This document shows positions 60,137-64,000 of a stretch of 64,000 bases of DNA, in pieces. A program made the translations under genes and the position numbers. This DNA is from a bacterium (GTDB lineage: Bacteria; SM23-31). Position 1 is the stretch's first letter; every line of letters begins with the position of its first letter. The stretch spans positions 1,312,001-1,376,000 of the forward strand of contig OZ252239.1 of NCBI GenBank assembly GCA_965249485.1, read 5' to 3'. The notes under the pieces were generated by a model, which was not told the DNA's origin, did not search any database, and saw only the letters and a list, made by a program, of their open reading frames with translations.

Positions 60137-61246
60137 TCATCGGAAGTGGTAATTCCGGTAGCACCATGTAATTTCAATGATGATAACTTTTGTAATTCCT
60201 GCAAGCAGCACAGCAAACAACATTCCAATAACACCGAGAAATGTTCCGCCGGCAAACACAGCAAATATAACGATTAAAGGATGCAGATCAACACTTTTTA
60301 CGACGACGGTCGGCTGAATTAAGATCACATCAATTATCTGAATAACTACAAAAAGCAATATTATAATCGGAAGTGCTTCAAACGATCCCGATTCTACGAT
60401 CGACATAATAAATGGTGGTATTATACCAATGACGGGACCGATATAAGGTACTACATTTGCAATTCCCGAAAATGTCCCGAATAATAAAAAGTATGGTATA
60501 TCAAGATAATAAAATCCAATGCTGTATAAAATTGCTAGAATCAGATTGTCAAAAATCTGGCCTCGAATATACCGGCCGATCTGCTAGTCAGCTTTATAGA
60601 ATAAATGGAGTGCCATTTCAAAGAATCGGTTTGGTATAAATCTCATTACACCCCGTTTTAACGATGGTCCGTCTTTCAGCAAAAAAAATGCAATCAGCGG
60701 GATCATGATTATCTGAATAATGAGTGAAAACATGCCCTGAGCAAGTGAAATAATACTCCGTGAGGCCTGTAGCACAAGACCTTGAAACGAGCTGAGCAGG
60801 TCCTGAATTGCCATATCGAGCTGCTCTTCACGGATCATTGGAAAATTGCTGACCACAAAATCTTTCACTTCGCGGGCAGCAGTGTTTACCTTTTCAGATT
60901 CGACACTATGCAATAGCCCTTCAATTTCGTTGAGAACAGAGGGAGAGAGCATAGAACTGCTGAAATACAATAGAAAAAAAGCTATAATATACAAACACAC
61001 GATTGATAGTGCACGTGATATTCCCATGTTTTCCAGATATGTGACTATTGGTTCCAAAAGGTATGCAACAAGGGCTGCAATAATGAATAGTAGAATAATT
61101 CCCTTCAGTGGTGTCAGAACTACCCAGAGGACAAGTCCGGAAAGTGCGACAAGAAATCCGAAAAGTAGTATTATCAAAAGAGAGCGCAGCCAAGAGGCCG
61201 ATGTCCCGTTAAATGTTTCAACCCGAAGAGAGCGTGAATCTTCCAT
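60137..61246 (-). pseudogene. AI-2E (PerM/TqsA) family transporter with in-frame amber stop
   Basis: AYLLEP, FFLLKDG, then KAD*QIGRYIRGQ...VPYIGP...LHPL in one frame; TAG at 60584-60586. Confidence 0.82.
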
Positions 61247-61276
61247 AAATGTGCAGTATGTTTATGTTTGTAATAA

Positions 61277-61790
61277 TTATGCTTCCGGTTCGCTTTTAGA
61301 CAATGCTGAATGATATAGGGAAATAAACTCTTTGTTTAAATCAACAAGCCGCTCAGAAATTATATTAGTTAAATTGAGATAATATTTATTGGCGGCGCGT
61401 ACATTTCTGCCGGTCATTTTTCGGAAATTATCATATGTTAAGATAAGAATCTGACTTGGTTCAGCAATGGTACACGTCAGTGAGGAAAATTCCGGATCAA
61501 CAAGATTTGCCTCACCAAACGATTGCCCAGACTTAAGCAAAACAATCTGTTCTGCAAGGCTGTCCCTGAGTGTTTCTTTCACTTCAACCGATCCTTTTTT
61601 AATGATACCGAATCGAGTGTCAACGGGTCCGGAACAGGTAAATACCGTACTTGTGTCAAAGTAGTGTTCCTCAAAGTATGGTTCGATAGATGTGAAGAAG
61701 GAACTTCTGAATTCGGCAAAAAACAGGATGAGAACGCACAGCTTCATCTGCAAAAATTTCCGGGTATCGTTTTTGAATAGAATAACGCAT
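61277..61790 (-). CDS. Cyclic-nucleotide-binding domain protein, possibly +1 frameshifted near its N-terminus
   Basis: IIKKGSVEV...LKSGQSFGE cNMP fold; removing one base from the 6-base run at 61718-61723 joins ATG 61790 to give MRYS...VRSHPVFAEF. Confidence 0.7.
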
Positions 61791-61902
61791 TCGTCTACAA
61801 ACAATAAATTGATTCAATGATCAGTCATAACGTTCAGTTAAATATAGACATGGAGCCTTCTGAAATCAAGCAATTTTTCTAGCGTGGTTTTGTGGTGATC
61901 TG

Positions 61903-61918
61903 TGGCATATGATTTGCT
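61903..61918 (+). promoter_or_regulatory. Sigma-54 (-24/-12) promoter-like site
   Basis: TGGCATATGATTTGCT, i.e. GG-N10-GC matching TGGCAC-N5-TTGCW. Confidence 0.5.
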
Positions 61919-62049
61919 ATTATTCGAATTGCAGGAATACGGCTGCTCCATCATTTATTGGCTGAGGAGCGATTGGAAACTTTTGTGTTGATTTTTTAAA
62001 TTCAACAGACCATATTTAAGTCTATTTTTGAATTATTGAACGGATATTC

Positions 62050-63237
62050 ATGAAACTATTTTGTGTCATACTCTTAGTGCTGTTTCTCATTTTCCCGGCA
62101 CATCTATCTGCCCGACAAGACAATAATACAGAGGAACTGGTACAAATCCGTTCTGAAATTGAATCTTTCAAGCAGCAGTTGGCCGCAAACACGACTCAGG
62201 AAAAATCTCTTATTGAAAGTCTTCAAGAACTTGAGTACGAAATTTCGCTCCGTGAAAATCTAAAGCGTGAGTTGGAGAAGAGAGAAAATACACTTACATC
62301 ACAAATGCAGTCAAACTCGTCTCTTTTGAATACATTGTCAAATGATCTTCAACTAGTTCGGCAAGTATTCCGGAAACGTGCTGTCAATATGTATAAATAT
62401 TCTCGCTCCCGTTCTAAATTGAATTTTCTTTCGGCAGATTCATTTCAGAATCTCCCTTCACTGCTTAAATATTACACAATTCTTGCTGAGCGTGACAAAC
62501 GGATTCTTGTGGACATCAGCATGAAAACTGATGAAACGAAATTGGTTTCGGACAGGATTTTCAGTGACATTAATGAGCAATCCCGGCTAGTGCGGGACGT
62601 GCTAACAGAAGAGCGTATATTACAGGAAAAAATATCCGAACGTCAGCGACTTCTCTCGATTTTGCAGGCCGATAACAACAGTATGCGAGAAGCATTAGCC
62701 GGACGCCAAAAAGCAGAACAAGATATCATTGCTGCAATGACAGCAATTGTCGAAAATGACAGGAGTAGTGTTGTTTTTTCAGAAACAATTTCCGGAGAAC
62801 CATTTTCGCGGACAAAAGGCAAATTGCAATATCCTGCCAAAGGGACTATAGTATCACATTCGGGAATAGAAAAAAATTCAATGAAGAAGACTCAGACAGT
62901 TAATCACGGAATAGAAATTGTATCGGATTCCGATACAAGAGTCAGAGCTGTCTATGATGGAAGAATTGCACAGATAAAGTGGCTACCATGGTTTGGACAG
63001 ACTGTGTTCGTTCAACATACCGAAGGATATTACACGGTTTATGCGCGGTTATCCGATATAGTCGTTCATCCTGGCGATATAGTTACCCCACAGCAGTTGA
63101 TCGGAAATTTTGGACGGGGTATTACTTCATCACTCAATACCTTACACTTCCAGATATGGAAAGGATCGGAAACGCTTGATCCTGAAGAATGGCTTGTATC
63201 TTCTTACAGGAGAGTATCAGGAAATGAAGATGATTAA
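62050..63237 (+). CDS. envC: EnvC-like murein hydrolase activator (coiled coil plus degenerate M23)
   Basis: Signal peptide, long coiled coil, KGKLQYP, HGIEI, YTVYARL, LHFQI...DPEEWL. Confidence 0.8.
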   Translation: MKLFCVILLVLFLIFPAHLSARQDNNTEELVQIRSEIESFKQQLAANTTQEKSLIESLQELEYEISLRENLKRELEKRENTLTSQMQSNSSLLNTLSNDLQLVRQVFRKRAVNMYKYSRSRSKLNFLSADSFQNLPSLLKYYTILAERDKRILVDISMKTDETKLVSDRIFSDINEQSRLVRDVLTEERILQEKISERQRLLSILQADNNSMREALAGRQKAEQDIIAAMTAIVENDRSSVVFSETISGEPFSRTKGKLQYPAKGTIVSHSGIEKNSMKKTQTVNHGIEIVSDSDTRVRAVYDGRIAQIKWLPWFGQTVFVQHTEGYYTVYARLSDIVVHPGDIVTPQQLIGNFGRGITSSLNTLHFQIWKGSETLDPEEWLVSSYRRVSGNEDD

Positions 63238-63320
63238 AAAAAAAAATAGCAAAAAATTAAGTTTGATAAGCGATTGCCGATAATAATACTGAGTCGCTTA
63301 TTGCCATAATAAACTCACCG

Positions 63321-63357
63321 TAAGCCGAACGGAGCAATCCGTTCGGCTTATCCTTTT
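63321..63357 (+). terminator. Strong hairpin / intrinsic terminator
   Basis: TAAGCCGAACGGA-GCAA-TCCGTTCGGCTTA then TCCTTTT. Confidence 0.7.
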
Positions 63358-63602
63358 ATATACCTATCAACATTATACTTATCTGACGTTTTATCCCAGA
63401 AATTCTTAAATATCAGTATGTACAACACATACATACTCATCCACTGTAATACCAGTTACGTCCGGTAAACACTAACAACGAGCTTTCTACATTCAAAAAT
63501 ATAGTATGCTGTAGTATTTTCTGGAACTTTCTCACGGATAACCTGCTTATCAATAGAGAGAGTACGATACAAGAACAAACTAAATTAATTATTGGAGATA
63601 CT

Positions 63603-63797
63603 ATGGGAAAGGCCATGCTCACTGTTGTCATACGAGAAAACGAATCGTTTGATAAAGCAGTACGTAGATTTCAGACAGAGTGCAAGAAAGCGGGAATAAT
63701 TCAATCTGCACAACGGAAAATGTATTATGAGAAGCCGAGCCGGAAACGGTATTTGAGCAAAATAAAGTTAAAAAGTAGGAATGAAACACTTCACTAA
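63603..63797 (+). CDS. rpsU: 30S ribosomal protein S21
   Basis: V.IRENESFDKAVRRF...KAGII...YYEKPS; alternative start at 63615. Confidence 0.9.
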   Translation: MGKAMLTVVIRENESFDKAVRRFQTECKKAGIIQSAQRKMYYEKPSRKRYLSKIKLKSRNETLH

Positions 63798-63834
63798 TTT
63801 AAAGCGACCCGTTAGGGCGCTTTAAATTAGTGAA
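63790..63834. terminator. Long hairpin overlapping the rpsU stop codon
   Basis: TTCACTAATTTAAAGCG-aCCC-gtta-GGG-CGCTTTAAATTAGTGAA. Confidence 0.65.
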
Positions 63835-63925
63835 TAAAGTTGATAGAAACTGCAATCGGAATTTCTATAAATATAGGATGTTCCGGAGTAAAATACTCTC
63901 AATATATATAAAAACCTTCAGGAAT

Positions 63926-64000
63926 TTACACATCGTCTGTGTCTTCATCTTCCCCGTCGTTCACATTGACGAGATCTAAACTGGCAGGAACGATTCCCTT
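63926..64000 (-). CDS. C-terminal end of an unidentified gene entering from the right edge
   Basis: KGIVPASLDLVNVNDGEDEDTDDV* open to the window edge. Confidence 0.4.
   Translation of the reverse strand, partial: KGIVPASLDLVNVNDGEDEDTDDV

Noticed and set aside
1404..63631. Numerous short ORFs antisense to or overlapping the annotated genes
   Set aside because: Shadow ORFs with no motifs, nested in well-supported genes
1..64000. Global stop-codon reassignment (TGA or TAG)
   Set aside because: Both codons end many clearly complete genes; only one in-frame TGA and one in-frame TAG case were seen
1..64000. CRISPR array, transposase, integrase, rRNA or tRNA
   Set aside because: No regularly spaced repeats or recognisable motifs seen by eye

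Overview
A gene-dense 64 kb bacterial chromosome segment using standard code 11; TGA and TAG are ordinary stops in many genes. A decayed T9SS/FlgD-Ig C-terminal sorting domain suggests an FCB-superphylum organism such as KSB1, Latescibacterota or Marinimicrobia (inference). From left to right it holds: a surface-polysaccharide/LPS cluster (AsnB-like amidotransferase, Gmd- and Rmd-like enzymes, acetyltransferase, rmlC, rmlB, two GT9); a sensor kinase; MscS; an ECF sigma/anti-sigma/RseB trio; lptFG; DegT-thrC; modABC; a DtxR-FeoA regulator; an M16 peptidase pair; hom; an orphan N6-adenine methyltransferase; lon; comF; aroK; a long minus-strand run (rdhA-like, nif3, pdxA, ftsEX, hrcA-grpE-dnaJ, comEA, pilin-like, pilM, pilN-like, rsmD, coaD, aspC); envC-like; and rpsU. 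Main highlights: (1) two paralogous 34-aa-repeat alpha-solenoid proteins, each ending in an amphipathic membrane-targeting-type helix, which are candidate membrane scaffold or coat-like proteins; (2) a lipoprotein selenoprotein (WASW-U-TC) that the ORF track splits in two, with a SECIS-like hairpin; (3) a reductive dehalogenase homolog without TAT signal or RdhB, inside a housekeeping run; (4) a structured orphan RNA candidate upstream of DegT-thrC; (5) a standalone protein of four MshEN-like repeats; (6) several disrupted genes. No tRNA, rRNA, CRISPR array or transposase was seen.
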